Assembly: GCA_023414985.1 (NCBI GenBank)
Contig: JAEZLY010000141.1
Span: 1 to 48,849 of the forward strand
Direction: 5' to 3'
Source: Bacillota bacterium
GTDB lineage: Bacteria > Bacillota > Clostridia > Lachnospirales > Lachnospiraceae
Length of the DNA: 48,849 nt
Part shown: positions 1 through 9,814 of the stretch, piece by piece
How the letters are laid out: each line of letters begins with the position of its first letter
Numbering within the stretch: the stretch's first letter is position 1
The notes under the pieces: model-generated
Database searches by the model: none
The model's input: only the letters and a program-made list of their open reading frames with translations
What the model was told of the DNA's origin: nothing
Position numbers and translations under genes: made by a program

Positions 1-287
1 ACGGAATGGATCTGTCTGCAGACATGTTAAAGCTGGGACACCATGGTTCCGCTTACAGCTCCTGTAGGGAATTCATAGAAGCAGTCGCCCCCTCCTATGC
101 GGTAATCAGTGTTGCTGAGGATAACGAGTATGGGCATCCTCATACCAGGACCCTCCGTACCATAGACCGGCAGAAGATTAAACTCTATCGTACCGATAAG
201 CAGGGCACCATCGTATTTCATACAGACGGCAAGACAATATCCGTCAACAAAGATAACTATATGCTGACTAAGAAGGATTTAGAATAA
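1..287 (+). CDS. ComEC/Rec2-type metallo-beta-lactamase-fold protein, 3' end (5'-truncated by window)
   Basis: Motifs LKLGHHGS, AVISV, NEYGHPH and YRTDKQGTI are typical of the ComEC MBL domain C-terminus. Confidence 0.85.
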   Translation, partial: GMDLSADMLKLGHHGSAYSSCREFIEAVAPSYAVISVAEDNEYGHPHTRTLRTIDRQKIKLYRTDKQGTIVFHTDGKTISVNKDNYMLTKKDLE

Positions 288-301
288 TTGGAGGTCTTCC
301 T

Positions 302-526
302 ATGACAAAATATACCATTGACCGATTTGAAGGCAATTATGCCATATGCGAATTGGAGGATCAAACGACTGTCTCGGTTCCGAAGTATAAGCTTCCCCTG
401 GACTGTAAAGAAGGTGACTGCCTTATCCGGGATGTAGACGGAATGTTTCAGCAGAATCCGGCAGAAAAATCCATGAAAGAAAAGAGAATTCGTGATAAAA
501 TGAATCGTATCTTCGAAAAAAAATGA
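302..526 (+). CDS. DUF3006 family protein
   Basis: N-terminus YTIDRFEGNYAICE and KEGD motif; GGAGG RBS; a common neighbour of ComEC-like genes. Confidence 0.8.
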   Translation: MTKYTIDRFEGNYAICELEDQTTVSVPKYKLPLDCKEGDCLIRDVDGMFQQNPAEKSMKEKRIRDKMNRIFEKK

Positions 527-573
527 TCACGGACGAAGCAACACAGGTCCAGATACATAAGAAAGGAACTAAT

Positions 574-1068
574 ATGCAGGAAGTTGAGTATTTATATCCC
601 GAGGACAAAAATGAAATGTACCATTTATTAAAAGAACAATTAAAGGCATTGCTGGAGGGAGAAGCTCATGTTCTTCCTAATCTCAGCAATGCCTCCGCCT
701 TATTAAATCTCGCATTAAAGGATATCAACTGGGTCGGTTTTTACTTAATGAATAACGGCGAGCTGCTTCTGGGCCCTTTCCAGGGCAAACCGGCCTGCAT
801 ACATATCCCCGTTGGTAAGGGTGTCTGCGGTACTGCAGTTGCAGAGGCACAGACCCAGCTGATCAGGGATGTTCATGAATTCCCGGGACATATAGCCTGC
901 GACAGTGCTTCCCGTTCCGAAATCGTCATTCCCCTAACTTCGGAAGGCCGTATCGTAGGTGTACTGGACATTGACAGTCCGTTCCTCGGCCGTTTTGATG
1001 AAGCCGATCAAGCCGGTCTGGAAGCGTTTGCTTCAGTGCTTGAGAAGGGCTGCTGCTGGACACAGTAG
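574..1068 (+). CDS. msrC: GAF-domain protein, free methionine-R-sulfoxide reductase (MsrC/YebR-like)
   Basis: NWVGFYL, LGPFQGKPAC, GKGVCG, FPGHIACD, SEIVIP and LDIDSP motifs. Start moved to ATG 574 behind a GAAAGGA RBS. Confidence 0.85.
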   Translation: MQEVEYLYPEDKNEMYHLLKEQLKALLEGEAHVLPNLSNASALLNLALKDINWVGFYLMNNGELLLGPFQGKPACIHIPVGKGVCGTAVAEAQTQLIRDVHEFPGHIACDSASRSEIVIPLTSEGRIVGVLDIDSPFLGRFDEADQAGLEAFASVLEKGCCWTQ

Positions 1069-1069
1069 C

Positions 1070-1564
1070 TTAAGAACAGGCTTCCTTGATTTTCTCCATG
1101 ACTTCTTCCGTATCTAAGCCTTCGCCGTCAATGATGATATGGGCATATTTTTCATATAAGGGGCATCGCTCCTCATATAAGGACTGTAGTGTCTGTCCTT
1201 CTCGAAATACCACGCCTCGCTGCTTAATGTTGCCGAGGCGTTTATTTATGGTCTCATAGCTTAAGCGGATATATACGACGGTCCCGATGGATCGCAGATG
1301 TTCCATTGCCGCAGCGCCATAGATGACGCTTCCGCCGGTTGCTATGACTGAATGCTCCGTCTGTATACTCTTATTTACCTGCTCCTCTATTGCGATCAGA
1401 CCTTCCAGACCGTCCCGCTCAATGATATCCTTAAGCAGGCATTGTTCCTGCTCTTGAATCAGCAAATCCGAATCGATAAAATGATACCCCAATACCTTGG
1501 CTAAAACAACTCCAACCGTGCTTTTCCCTGCACCCGGCATTCCGATCAATACAATATTCTTCAT
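1070..1564 (-). CDS. aroK: Shikimate kinase
   Basis: P-loop GMPGAGKST, FIDSD, VIATGG and ERCPLY motifs. Confidence 0.9.
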   Translation of the reverse strand: MKNIVLIGMPGAGKSTVGVVLAKVLGYHFIDSDLLIQEQEQCLLKDIIERDGLEGLIAIEEQVNKSIQTEHSVIATGGSVIYGAAAMEHLRSIGTVVYIRLSYETINKRLGNIKQRGVVFREGQTLQSLYEERCPLYEKYAHIIIDGEGLDTEEVMEKIKEACS

Positions 1565-1731
1565 TCCTATCTGTCCCTTCCTCGATGATGATTAATGAAA
1601 GTATAGCATGATATAGAAGAAAAGCAAGCCCTACGGCTTGCTGTTATGATAACAGAATATCAAATTTCAGGGTTTTCTTCTCCCTGCTGCTGTGCTAGAA
1701 TAGAGTAAAATTTCAGATTGGAGTGATACCC

Positions 1732-2019
1732 ATGGCTCAATTATTAGAAGCCGCGATGGTGATAAGCTTTGGAATCTCCTGGCCTACCTCCATCCTTAAG
1801 TCCTACACCTCCCGCACAGCAAAGGGAAAAAGCATCATCTTTTTATGTTTTGTCCTGATCGGTTACCTGTTTGGAATCGCATCAAAATTCGTCACCGGTA
1901 ATCTGTCCTATGTAGTCGTATTCTATATCATAAATTTGGTTATGGTATTCCTGGACTTCTGTCTGTATTTCCGCAACAGGAAGCTGGATGACAGAAGAGA
2001 CGCAGGGGAAGCCGTGTAA
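1732..2019 (+). CDS. Small 3-TM membrane protein, PQ-loop/SemiSWEET-like
   Basis: About 95 aa with three hydrophobic helices and an FGISWP...RTAKGKS motif; GGAG RBS precedes ATG 1732. Confidence 0.6.
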   Translation: MAQLLEAAMVISFGISWPTSILKSYTSRTAKGKSIIFLCFVLIGYLFGIASKFVTGNLSYVVVFYIINLVMVFLDFCLYFRNRKLDDRRDAGEAV

Positions 2020-3621
2020 TTACACAGACCGCAGGAACCGGTCAAAGGCCTCCTGCCCCTTCTGGTTTCTTTTGTACACTCCCGCATGCGTAAGTACTTC
2101 CAGGAACACCTTTCCTATCTCTGTCTGCAGGACCTCACCGATATTCTCTTGGTTAAGCTCCGGGTAGGAGGGAAGGAAGCTTTCCGCCCAGTCCGCATGC
2201 TTAATCAGCTGCTCATTGGATCGGAGGTCTTTTCCATCCAGGATATATTCTTCAAGCAGGGACATCTCTGTCTTTAACCTTGCAGGAAGGATCGCAAGTC
2301 CCATGACCTCGATCAGTCCGATATTTTCTTTCTTGATATGATGCAGCTCCGCGTGAGGATGAAAGACACCCAAAGGGTGTTCCTCCGTTGTCAGGTTATT
2401 ACGCAGCACCAGATCCAGCTCATAGGCTCCGTCGCGCATTCTTGCAATGGGAGTAATCGTATTGTGCGGTTCCTCCCCGGTGAAGGCATGGATTCCCACA
2501 CTCACATCCGTATAATTACGCCAGGCAGTAAGGATTTTTCCACCCAGCTGTGCCAGGCGGTCAGTCTCTTTACTGCGAAGTCGGATCACTGACATAGGCC
2601 ACTGAAGGACTCCCGTCTGAATCTCCTCATAGCCGATTATTGTGATGAATCTTTCAACCGGAGCTTTCGCCATAGCGAATTCATAATTGCCCCCTTGAAA
2701 ATGGTCATGGCTAAGGATGGAGCCTCCGACAATCGGTAGGTCAGCATTGGAACCGAGAAAATAATGAGGAAATTGCGTTACAAAATCCAACAGCTTACGA
2801 AAGGCAGCCTGATCAATTCTCATGGGAATATGCTCCCGATTGAAGATAATGCAGTGCTCATTATAGTATACATATGGTGAATACTGAAATCCCCAGTCCT
2901 GCCCGCAGATCATAAGCGGTATGATCCGATGATTCTGTCTTGCCGGATGATCTATTCTTCCGGCATAGCCTACATTCTCAGCGCAAAGAAGACACTTCGG
3001 ATAACCGTTCTGCTTTGTATTCTTCGCAGCGGCAATTGCCTTCGGATCCTTCTCCGGCTTACTTAGATTGACCGTGATGTCCAGCTCACCGTATTCCGTA
3101 CTCGTGACCCAATGTAAGTCCTTCTTGATTCGATACCTTCGGATGTAATCGGTGTCCTGGCTGAAACGGTAATAATAATCCGTCGCTGCCTGCGGAGATT
3201 CTTGGTATAAATTACGAAACTTCCGGTTCAATACACTGGGCGGCGGAGTCAGGCAACCCATAATCCGAGTGTCAAATAAATCTCTGTATGTAATGCTGTT
3301 TTCCTTGATGAATCCCTGCTCATATGCAAAACCCAGCATTCCTGCCAGAATTTCTTCGAGTATCGGTTCATCAAAAGACGCTATCTGCTCCGGAGACTCT
3401 GAATAGCCCGATGTTGATGCCACCTCCGGAGATTCTGCCTTCTCTGTTGATGTTAATTCTTCAGGTGTCTCTATCTCTTCCTGTATTGCTTTCGGTCCTT
3501 CATATTCCTCCAGGCCGAACAGCTCCAGAAGCCGATTCACGGTATAAATCTTATCTTCAGGTTCTATTAATTCTGTATTCAGTGCGTATTGCACCAGCTT
3601 ATCTATCAGTTCGACTATCAT
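2020..3621 (-). CDS. galT: Galactose-1-phosphate uridylyltransferase (type II)
   Basis: NLSKPEKDPK, YPKCLLC, HPARQNHR, GGSILSHDHFQGG and KENIGLIEVMG motifs; follows galK-galE. Confidence 0.95.
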   Translation of the reverse strand: MIVELIDKLVQYALNTELIEPEDKIYTVNRLLELFGLEEYEGPKAIQEEIETPEELTSTEKAESPEVASTSGYSESPEQIASFDEPILEEILAGMLGFAYEQGFIKENSITYRDLFDTRIMGCLTPPPSVLNRKFRNLYQESPQAATDYYYRFSQDTDYIRRYRIKKDLHWVTSTEYGELDITVNLSKPEKDPKAIAAAKNTKQNGYPKCLLCAENVGYAGRIDHPARQNHRIIPLMICGQDWGFQYSPYVYYNEHCIIFNREHIPMRIDQAAFRKLLDFVTQFPHYFLGSNADLPIVGGSILSHDHFQGGNYEFAMAKAPVERFITIIGYEEIQTGVLQWPMSVIRLRSKETDRLAQLGGKILTAWRNYTDVSVGIHAFTGEEPHNTITPIARMRDGAYELDLVLRNNLTTEEHPLGVFHPHAELHHIKKENIGLIEVMGLAILPARLKTEMSLLEEYILDGKDLRSNEQLIKHADWAESFLPSYPELNQENIGEVLQTEIGKVFLEVLTHAGVYKRNQKGQEAFDRFLRSV

Positions 3622-3639
3622 GTCTGCTTCATGCCTTTC

Positions 3640-4635
3640 CTACTTCTGACTGCGATACCCCTGCGGATGATTCTTATGCCAGTTCCAGGCCGAGTTAATA
3701 ATCTTCTCAAGCTCTGCATGCTCCGGCTTCCAGCCAAGAATCCTCTGTGCTTTATCGCTGGAGGCGATCAGTTTTGCAGGATCACCAGCACGCTTTGGGG
3801 CTACAACCGCATTGATTGGATGATTTGTAACCTTTCTGGCAGCCTCAATCACTTCCTTTACCGTGAAGCCCACTCCATTACCAAGGTTAAAGATATCGCT
3901 TTCTCCACCCCTCCTTAGATACTCCACCGCAAGAATATGAGCCTGGGCTAAATCTGTTACATGGATATAATCCCGGACACAGGTTCCGTCTTTGGTATCA
4001 TAATCCTCGCCGAAGATACTGATCGCATCCCGCTGACCGCCTGGAACCTGTAAGATCAGTGGAATCAGGTGGGATTCAGGGCTATGTGCCTCCCCGATCT
4101 TGCCGCTTTCATGAGCTCCGCAGGCATTGAAATAACGTAAGGATACGTAACGAAGACCATGCGCCAGCCCTGTCCAGTGGAACATCCTCTCCATGGACAG
4201 CTTCGTCTCTCCGTAGGTGTTGGTAGGCATTGTTCGATCTGTCTCCAGAATCGGTATTCTCTCCGGCTCGCCATAGGTTGCTGCTGTCGAAGAGAAGACA
4301 ATCTTATCCAGACCGTGGGCAACCATGGCTTCCAGCAGCACCTTCGTACCGCATAGGTTATTGTCGTAATATTTCAAAGGATTGGTCATGCTTTCTCCCA
4401 CCAGGGAGTTCGCAGCAAAATGAATGACAGCCTCTATCTTCTCTTTTTCAAACACACTGTCAAGAAAGCTCCTGTTGCGGATATCTCCCTGATAAAAGCG
4501 TGCCTTCGGGTGTACCGCCTCTTTGTAACCGGTTTCGAGATTGTCAATGATTACAACCTCTTCTCCTCTTTCAATGAGTTCATATACCGTATGAGAGCCG
4601 ATATAACCGGCACCTCCTAATACCAATACAGCCAT
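3640..4635 (-). CDS. galE: UDP-glucose 4-epimerase
   Basis: GGAGYIGSH, FSSTAATYG, YGETK, LRYFN and GTCVRDYIHV motifs. Confidence 0.97.
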   Translation of the reverse strand: MAVLVLGGAGYIGSHTVYELIERGEEVVIIDNLETGYKEAVHPKARFYQGDIRNRSFLDSVFEKEKIEAVIHFAANSLVGESMTNPLKYYDNNLCGTKVLLEAMVAHGLDKIVFSSTAATYGEPERIPILETDRTMPTNTYGETKLSMERMFHWTGLAHGLRYVSLRYFNACGAHESGKIGEAHSPESHLIPLILQVPGGQRDAISIFGEDYDTKDGTCVRDYIHVTDLAQAHILAVEYLRRGGESDIFNLGNGVGFTVKEVIEAARKVTNHPINAVVAPKRAGDPAKLIASSDKAQRILGWKPEHAELEKIINSAWNWHKNHPQGYRSQK

Positions 4636-4661
4636 TCTTCCATCCCTTTCTTACAGATTAA

Positions 4662-5825
4662 TTATAATTGTACCGGACCATCTCCGACTTCAACCACATA
4701 GAATGCTGCCGGATAACCGATCCTCTCTTCGTATTCCTTACCGACATTTCTGATAAATGCATCTACAAAAGCTTCCTTCACGATACTGACAGCACATCCG
4801 CCGAAGCCGGCACCGGTCATTCTCGCACCGTAGACCCCTTCCTGCTTTAGGGCAGCTGCCACGATGGTATCCAGCTCTATACCGGTAACTTCATAATCCT
4901 CTTTCAGTGATGTATGGGAAGCAATCATCAGCTGTCCGAAGTAATTCAGATCATTGTTCTTCAATGCCTCTACTGCCTTAATGGTTCTTTGATTCTCATA
5001 TACCGCATGCTTTGCACGCTTCCTTTGTACAGGATTTTTGATTACCTCCTGATTCGCGTCAAACTGCTCTTCTGATAATTCGCCCAGGGCTTTGATCGGA
5101 AGTACCTTCTGAAGCTCTGCCAGGGCTGCTTCGCATTCGCTTCTTCGTTCATTGTATTTGGAATCACCCAGCCCACGGACTTTATTTGTATTCATGATGA
5201 CTATCTTCGCAGATCCAAGCTCCAACGGAGCATACTCGAAGGAAAGATTGGCAGTATCCAGAAAGATGGCATGATTTTTCTTCCCCATGGCAATAGCGAA
5301 CTGATCCATGATACCGCAGTTCATCCCGTTAAAATTGTTCTCGGAATACTGACCGATCAGTGCCAGTTCCGTATTCGTAACGGTAAGCCCGAATAAATCC
5401 TTTACAAGAAAGCCGGTTAATACCTCTATGGATGCGGAGGAGGATAAGCCGGAGCCATTCGGGATGTTCCCGTAATAAAGGATATCCAACCCCAGATCAA
5501 TGGAGAAGCCCTTCTTTTGTAATGCCCAGAGTACACCCTTCGGGTAATTGGTCCATTGCGCTTCTTTTTTATATTCCAGCTGATCGACAGAGGCTTCCAA
5601 TATACCAAGTGCCTCAAAGTTCATGGAGTAAAACCGTAGCTTATGATCCGTCCTCTTTCTCGCCACGGCGTATGTTCCGATTGTCAATGCACAGGGGAAA
5701 ACATGTCCTCCGTTATAATCCGTATGCTCGCCGATCAGATTGACCCTTCCAGGTACAAAGTATACCCGGCAGTCCCCTCCCTCTCCGAACATCATCTCAA
5801 ACTTTTGGAGTAGTTCCTTCTTCAT
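4662..5825 (-). CDS. galK: Galactokinase
   Basis: PGRVNLIGEHTDYNGG, GSGLSSSAS, CGIMDQF and GARMTGAGFGGC motifs. Confidence 0.97.
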   Translation of the reverse strand: MKKELLQKFEMMFGEGGDCRVYFVPGRVNLIGEHTDYNGGHVFPCALTIGTYAVARKRTDHKLRFYSMNFEALGILEASVDQLEYKKEAQWTNYPKGVLWALQKKGFSIDLGLDILYYGNIPNGSGLSSSASIEVLTGFLVKDLFGLTVTNTELALIGQYSENNFNGMNCGIMDQFAIAMGKKNHAIFLDTANLSFEYAPLELGSAKIVIMNTNKVRGLGDSKYNERRSECEAALAELQKVLPIKALGELSEEQFDANQEVIKNPVQRKRAKHAVYENQRTIKAVEALKNNDLNYFGQLMIASHTSLKEDYEVTGIELDTIVAAALKQEGVYGARMTGAGFGGCAVSIVKEAFVDAFIRNVGKEYEERIGYPAAFYVVEVGDGPVQL

Positions 5826-5851
5826 AGCCTTCTCCTTTCATTTATTTCAAT

Positions 5852-5919
5852 ATTTCTGTTATATTACATAATTTCTGTTTGTTTGAATATATCATACTCC
5901 CCTTACTTTGGTTTGTAAA
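5852..5919 (-). promoter_or_regulatory. Putative sigmaA promoter of galKET with downstream direct repeat
   Basis: Minus strand TTTACA(5919-5914)-N17-TATGAT(5896-5891); ATTTCTGTT repeated at 5852 and 5871. Confidence 0.55.
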
Positions 5920-5936
5920 GTGGTTTTTAGAGGATC

Positions 5937-6860
5937 CTATGAAAATATAAGTTTCATTATAATGCCCTGAGGATAATCTCCGAAGCTTTCACCAAAGAGG
6001 TTAAAACCCCCTATATGAACAGCATCCTCTTTCATTCCAATTCTCACTGAGATATAGTCCCGATCAGCAAGCCGGAATTCCTGTAGTCCTTTCGAAACCG
6101 TCTTCTCATTCTCCAAAAAGCATCCATGTTCCATAATAGCCCAGGTCTTAAGCATCCCGAACTGTGTATTCTTATCCGGCCACCAGTCGGGATTGAGCTT
6201 TCCCCGCCTTCCCCCGAAATCGCTTGGGCTGTTCCAGGTTCCGACCTCTATCCCATTCACCCAGAGGGTGATATCCGAGGGATAATCCAGGTTATATTCA
6301 TGATCCTCGGAGCACAGCTCCATGGACAGCTCCATTCTGTGCAGCTGTTTCCCGGGCAGAAAATTGGTCGGAAACCGATACTCGATATAGCCGTTTCCTA
6401 TCCAGATCAGCTGTGCTTCTGTACGCTCCGGCAGATAAAAGCAGCGCGGATCATCCTCCGCTCCGATGGGGCCTTTCGCGCTTGCCATTCCGCAGGTGGG
6501 TTCTATTCTGTAATCCACAAAACTGCCGATGGGCATCTTTATGATTTCTTCGTCCTGCTCCAGATTTTTGGTTGTATTCATCTCAACATAGATATGATCC
6601 AGGACGATACGACAAAGCTTCATTGAACCACGGATTCCGGGCTGAAGAGAAGTCTTGATCATGCCCGCTTCTTCCAATACCTTCACATGTGCCGCAGAGG
6701 AGGAAGCCGGGATATTCAGATACTCGGCAATCTCATTTACATTCAGATCCTGATAACGCAGCAGCCGCAGTATCTCTATCCTGGTCTCTGAGGCCAAAGC
6801 CTTTGCCACATTGGCGAGGTGCCCTATATCATCCAAATTCATCTTAATGGTTTGTATCAT
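5937..6860 (-). CDS. ArsR-type HTH transcriptional regulator with long C-terminal domain (probable sugar-locus regulator)
   Basis: KALASETRIEIL...HVKVLEEAGMI HTH, then PTCG, ELCSE and DFGGRRGKLNPDWWP motifs. Start reset to ATG 6860 (AGGGGAG RBS). Confidence 0.8.
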   Translation of the reverse strand: MIQTIKMNLDDIGHLANVAKALASETRIEILRLLRYQDLNVNEIAEYLNIPASSSAAHVKVLEEAGMIKTSLQPGIRGSMKLCRIVLDHIYVEMNTTKNLEQDEEIIKMPIGSFVDYRIEPTCGMASAKGPIGAEDDPRCFYLPERTEAQLIWIGNGYIEYRFPTNFLPGKQLHRMELSMELCSEDHEYNLDYPSDITLWVNGIEVGTWNSPSDFGGRRGKLNPDWWPDKNTQFGMLKTWAIMEHGCFLENEKTVSKGLQEFRLADRDYISVRIGMKEDAVHIGGFNLFGESFGDYPQGIIMKLIFS

Positions 6861-6883
6861 GCTTCTCCCCTTCATCCCTATCC

Positions 6884-7327
6884 CTACTCTTCGCCAAATA
6901 TCTGGATTCCCCTGTGTTCCACAGCCGTAGAGAATACGATTTGCGTACTGGTCTTCCCGAATTTCTGTACCTCGCCGATAAAGGCATCCAAATCCATCGT
7001 ACTTTGAAAGCACACCTTGATCAGCATGGAATAAGTTCCGGTGACGCAATTACACTCCATGACATTCGGACAGGCTTTGATAAAGGGATAAAACTCCGGT
7101 TTCTGGGATGGAGCAACCTCCAGATTAATAAAGGCAGTGATATGATGCCCCAGCTTCAGCCAATCGATGTCCGTATGATACCCTTTGATAATGCCCTGTT
7201 TTTCCAGGCGTGCAATTCTTGCTGCAACCGCCGGAGAGGACAGGAATACCTTCTCAGCCAGAAGCTTTAACGGTACGCGCGCATTTTCCTGAAGCATAAT
7301 TAATAGTTGTTTATCTATATGATCCAT
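6884..7327 (-). CDS. Lrp/AsnC family transcriptional regulator
   Basis: MDHIDKQLL...LQENAR...LSSPAVAARIARLEKQGII HTH; C-terminal ECNCVTG. Confidence 0.92.
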   Translation of the reverse strand: MDHIDKQLLIMLQENARVPLKLLAEKVFLSSPAVAARIARLEKQGIIKGYHTDIDWLKLGHHITAFINLEVAPSQKPEFYPFIKACPNVMECNCVTGTYSMLIKVCFQSTMDLDAFIGEVQKFGKTSTQIVFSTAVEHRGIQIFGEE

Positions 7328-7429
7328 CCGAGCCCCCCCACTTTACTGTTCATAATTCATACCTGACCAACAAAAATATCGGCTTACCTCATTCTATACC
7401 CATAGATTGCTATTTTCAAGTGGTTATTC

Positions 7430-8527
7430 CTAATCCGCAGTACTATCATCGTTCTTCAGAAATGCTTCAAAACCGCTGCTGAATTTCATTGATCCATCCG
7501 CGTAAACCCAAAGAGCTTCCGTACCTGGCAGACTCTCGATCAGCTTTAACCCTTCCTCGTAAGGCAGATTGAATATCGCAGTGGAGAGCGCATCCGCCAA
7601 ACCTGAATCCTCTGTAATAATCGAAACTGCTCGATAATACGTCGCCGGCATCAAGGTAACAGGATCTATAATATGATGGTACCTTTTGCCGTCAACTGTA
7701 TAATATCTTTCATAATCGCCGCTGGAAACCAGAGAGAGATTGGTCAGCTCCAGAACATCCAGATAAGGCTCATCACTTTCCAAATCCGGGTTCTGAATCC
7801 CTACATTCCACGCAGAACCTGCTACAACCTCAGAGCTCCCTGTTGCTGTATGGATTCCAGGTCCTCTGCTTCCGATGGCACGGACATTTCCCCCGACACT
7901 GAGCAATGCGTTAGAGTAACCGTCTGCTAAAGCCTGCTTTGCAACCCGTTCGGTTGCATAACCCTTGGCAATTGCTCCGACATCAAGCCTCATCTCGGGA
8001 TCCGTCAGATAGACCGTGGATGCCTTCTCATCAATCATCATTTGATTAAGATCTGTATGCTTACTCTTTTCCTGCAGCACCTCCATCGGCGGAAGCTTAG
8101 CCTGATCCGGATCACTAATTCCTGCTTCACGGTAATCATGCCATACGGACAGGACGGAGCCGAAGGCTATATTAACTTTACCCTCCGATAAGGTATAGGC
8201 CTCTTTGGCGAACTTAAGCAGATCAATAATCTTCTGGTCCACCTTGACCGGAGCAACCCCGGCGTTATCATTAATGGTCTTAATATTATTAATTCCCTTG
8301 TAATCGTTATATATATCATAAAGCTCATGATAAACCTGCAAATTATCATGAACAGACTGAGCAAATTCAGAAAACTCCTCTTCACTGTCGGCATAGCCGA
8401 TAATGGTAGTAACCGTATCAAACAGCTCTAAAAACTGAGCCTGGTAGCGCTCCGGTTCCTTTTTACCGCAAGCGGTCAGATTAAATAGCATAACGAAAAG
8501 TAATAAAACCGTGATCATTCTTTTCAA
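7430..8527 (-). CDS. apbE: FAD:protein FMN transferase lipoprotein (ApbE/FmnB)
   Basis: Lipobox LTAC; DVGAIAKGY, SSGDYERY, YHHIIDP and ADALSTA motifs. Confidence 0.93.
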   Translation of the reverse strand: MKRMITVLLLFVMLFNLTACGKKEPERYQAQFLELFDTVTTIIGYADSEEEFSEFAQSVHDNLQVYHELYDIYNDYKGINNIKTINDNAGVAPVKVDQKIIDLLKFAKEAYTLSEGKVNIAFGSVLSVWHDYREAGISDPDQAKLPPMEVLQEKSKHTDLNQMMIDEKASTVYLTDPEMRLDVGAIAKGYATERVAKQALADGYSNALLSVGGNVRAIGSRGPGIHTATGSSEVVAGSAWNVGIQNPDLESDEPYLDVLELTNLSLVSSGDYERYYTVDGKRYHHIIDPVTLMPATYYRAVSIITEDSGLADALSTAIFNLPYEEGLKLIESLPGTEALWVYADGSMKFSSGFEAFLKNDDSTAD

Positions 8528-8622
8528 GACTTCACCTCATATGTTTCTATATAGTAATGAACAATTCCGTACCGGGCAGAACATTATTTTCTTATAGTAT
8601 AACCCTTCCGCAAAGATAAAAA

Positions 8623-8703
8623 GACTGCTGCAAGTATAAGAAGATACCCTATATCGTAGCACGTTTCCACGAAATATGTAAGTCCTTATATTTTGCAGCA
8701 GCC
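8623..8703. repeat. Long-loop inverted repeat, REP-like (CTGCTGCAA...TTGCAGCAG); possible terminator
   Basis: Complementary arms visible in the sequence; similar to 15484-15580. Confidence 0.55.
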
Positions 8704-8728
8704 CACAAAATTACATGTTCAGCTTAAA

Positions 8729-9742
8729 TTACTTTGCTGCGCTTGCGTTTGCAGATGCCTTATCAACGTTAGCGATGAAAGGTCCTACATGAACGGTAAC
8801 GGAAGCAGCAAGATCTGCATCAGCAGCTAATCCCTGATCAGTTAAAGCGATACCCTTTACATCTGCTGCAGTCTTACCTACACAGTAATCAGCGAATGCG
8901 TTAGCCTCTTCATACCATTCCTTGCCGATACCGGAAGCCTTCTTCATACCATAAGCATCCTTTAATACCTGCTTAGCCTGAGGAGCTACAGTAAGGTCTG
9001 TGGAAATAACACCTGTAGTAGAGAAATTAACATTTCCCTGGATCGCGTCGATAATACAGCTTGTGATCTTGCTGTCCTTGCCTAAGGTAACAACAGCGAT
9101 ATTGGAGTAGGACTGTGCCAGACCTTCTGCATCAGCAGTTGCTTCTGTAGATTTTGCAATATCTGTTGTGATTGCAAGTCCGAGCTTATCTCCTTCTTTA
9201 GCGCCCTTATCGGTAGCTGCTCCTGCTGCCTGTGCTACTGCTTCGATAAAGTCACCGATATGTACTGTTACGGATGCTGCTAAGTCTGCATCAGAAGCAA
9301 CGCCCTGGTCAGTTACAGCAATTCCTTTTACTTCATCAACTGTCTTGCCTACGCAGTATTTTGCGAATGCAGCAGCCTGCTCGTTCCATTCCTTACCGAT
9401 ACCGGAAGCGGAACCCATACCATACTCTGTACCAAGTTCGTTCTTTGTCTTAAAGGTAGTTGCAACATCTGTTGTCAGCTTGCCTTCTGCAGAGAAGTTA
9501 ATCTTAGTCTGTGCAGCATCGATTTTACAGTCAACAATCTTTCCGTTCTTATCTACCAGTACGGCAGCGATCAGGGAATCTGTCTCTGCAAGACCTTCTG
9601 CATCAGCAGTTGCATTTGTTGATTTAGCTAATGATGACACGACTGCAAGACCAGTCTTTACAGCTGCACCGCCTGAGCTGCAGCCAACTAATAAGGACAT
9701 CACCATTGCTGCGCAAAGTGACATAGCTAAAATTTTCTTCAT
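8729..9742 (-). CDS. Lipoprotein with two tandem putative FMN-binding domains (PplA-like ApbE substrate)
   Basis: Lipobox LVGC; two ~150-aa repeats each with YGM..ASGIGKEW.E.A and DADLAASVTVH; directly upstream of apbE. Confidence 0.75.
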   Translation of the reverse strand: MKKILAMSLCAAMVMSLLVGCSSGGAAVKTGLAVVSSLAKSTNATADAEGLAETDSLIAAVLVDKNGKIVDCKIDAAQTKINFSAEGKLTTDVATTFKTKNELGTEYGMGSASGIGKEWNEQAAAFAKYCVGKTVDEVKGIAVTDQGVASDADLAASVTVHIGDFIEAVAQAAGAATDKGAKEGDKLGLAITTDIAKSTEATADAEGLAQSYSNIAVVTLGKDSKITSCIIDAIQGNVNFSTTGVISTDLTVAPQAKQVLKDAYGMKKASGIGKEWYEEANAFADYCVGKTAADVKGIALTDQGLAADADLAASVTVHVGPFIANVDKASANASAAK

Positions 9743-9814
9743 AGTTCTTCCTCCATGTTGTATGTTTTTTAGGTTACATCTATATTAATTCCTGGTGATA
9801 CAGGAACAATATAC

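Noticed and set aside
6861..7049. N-terminal extension of the ArsR-like ORF
   Set aside because: It overlaps the Lrp gene; a good RBS precedes ATG 6860.
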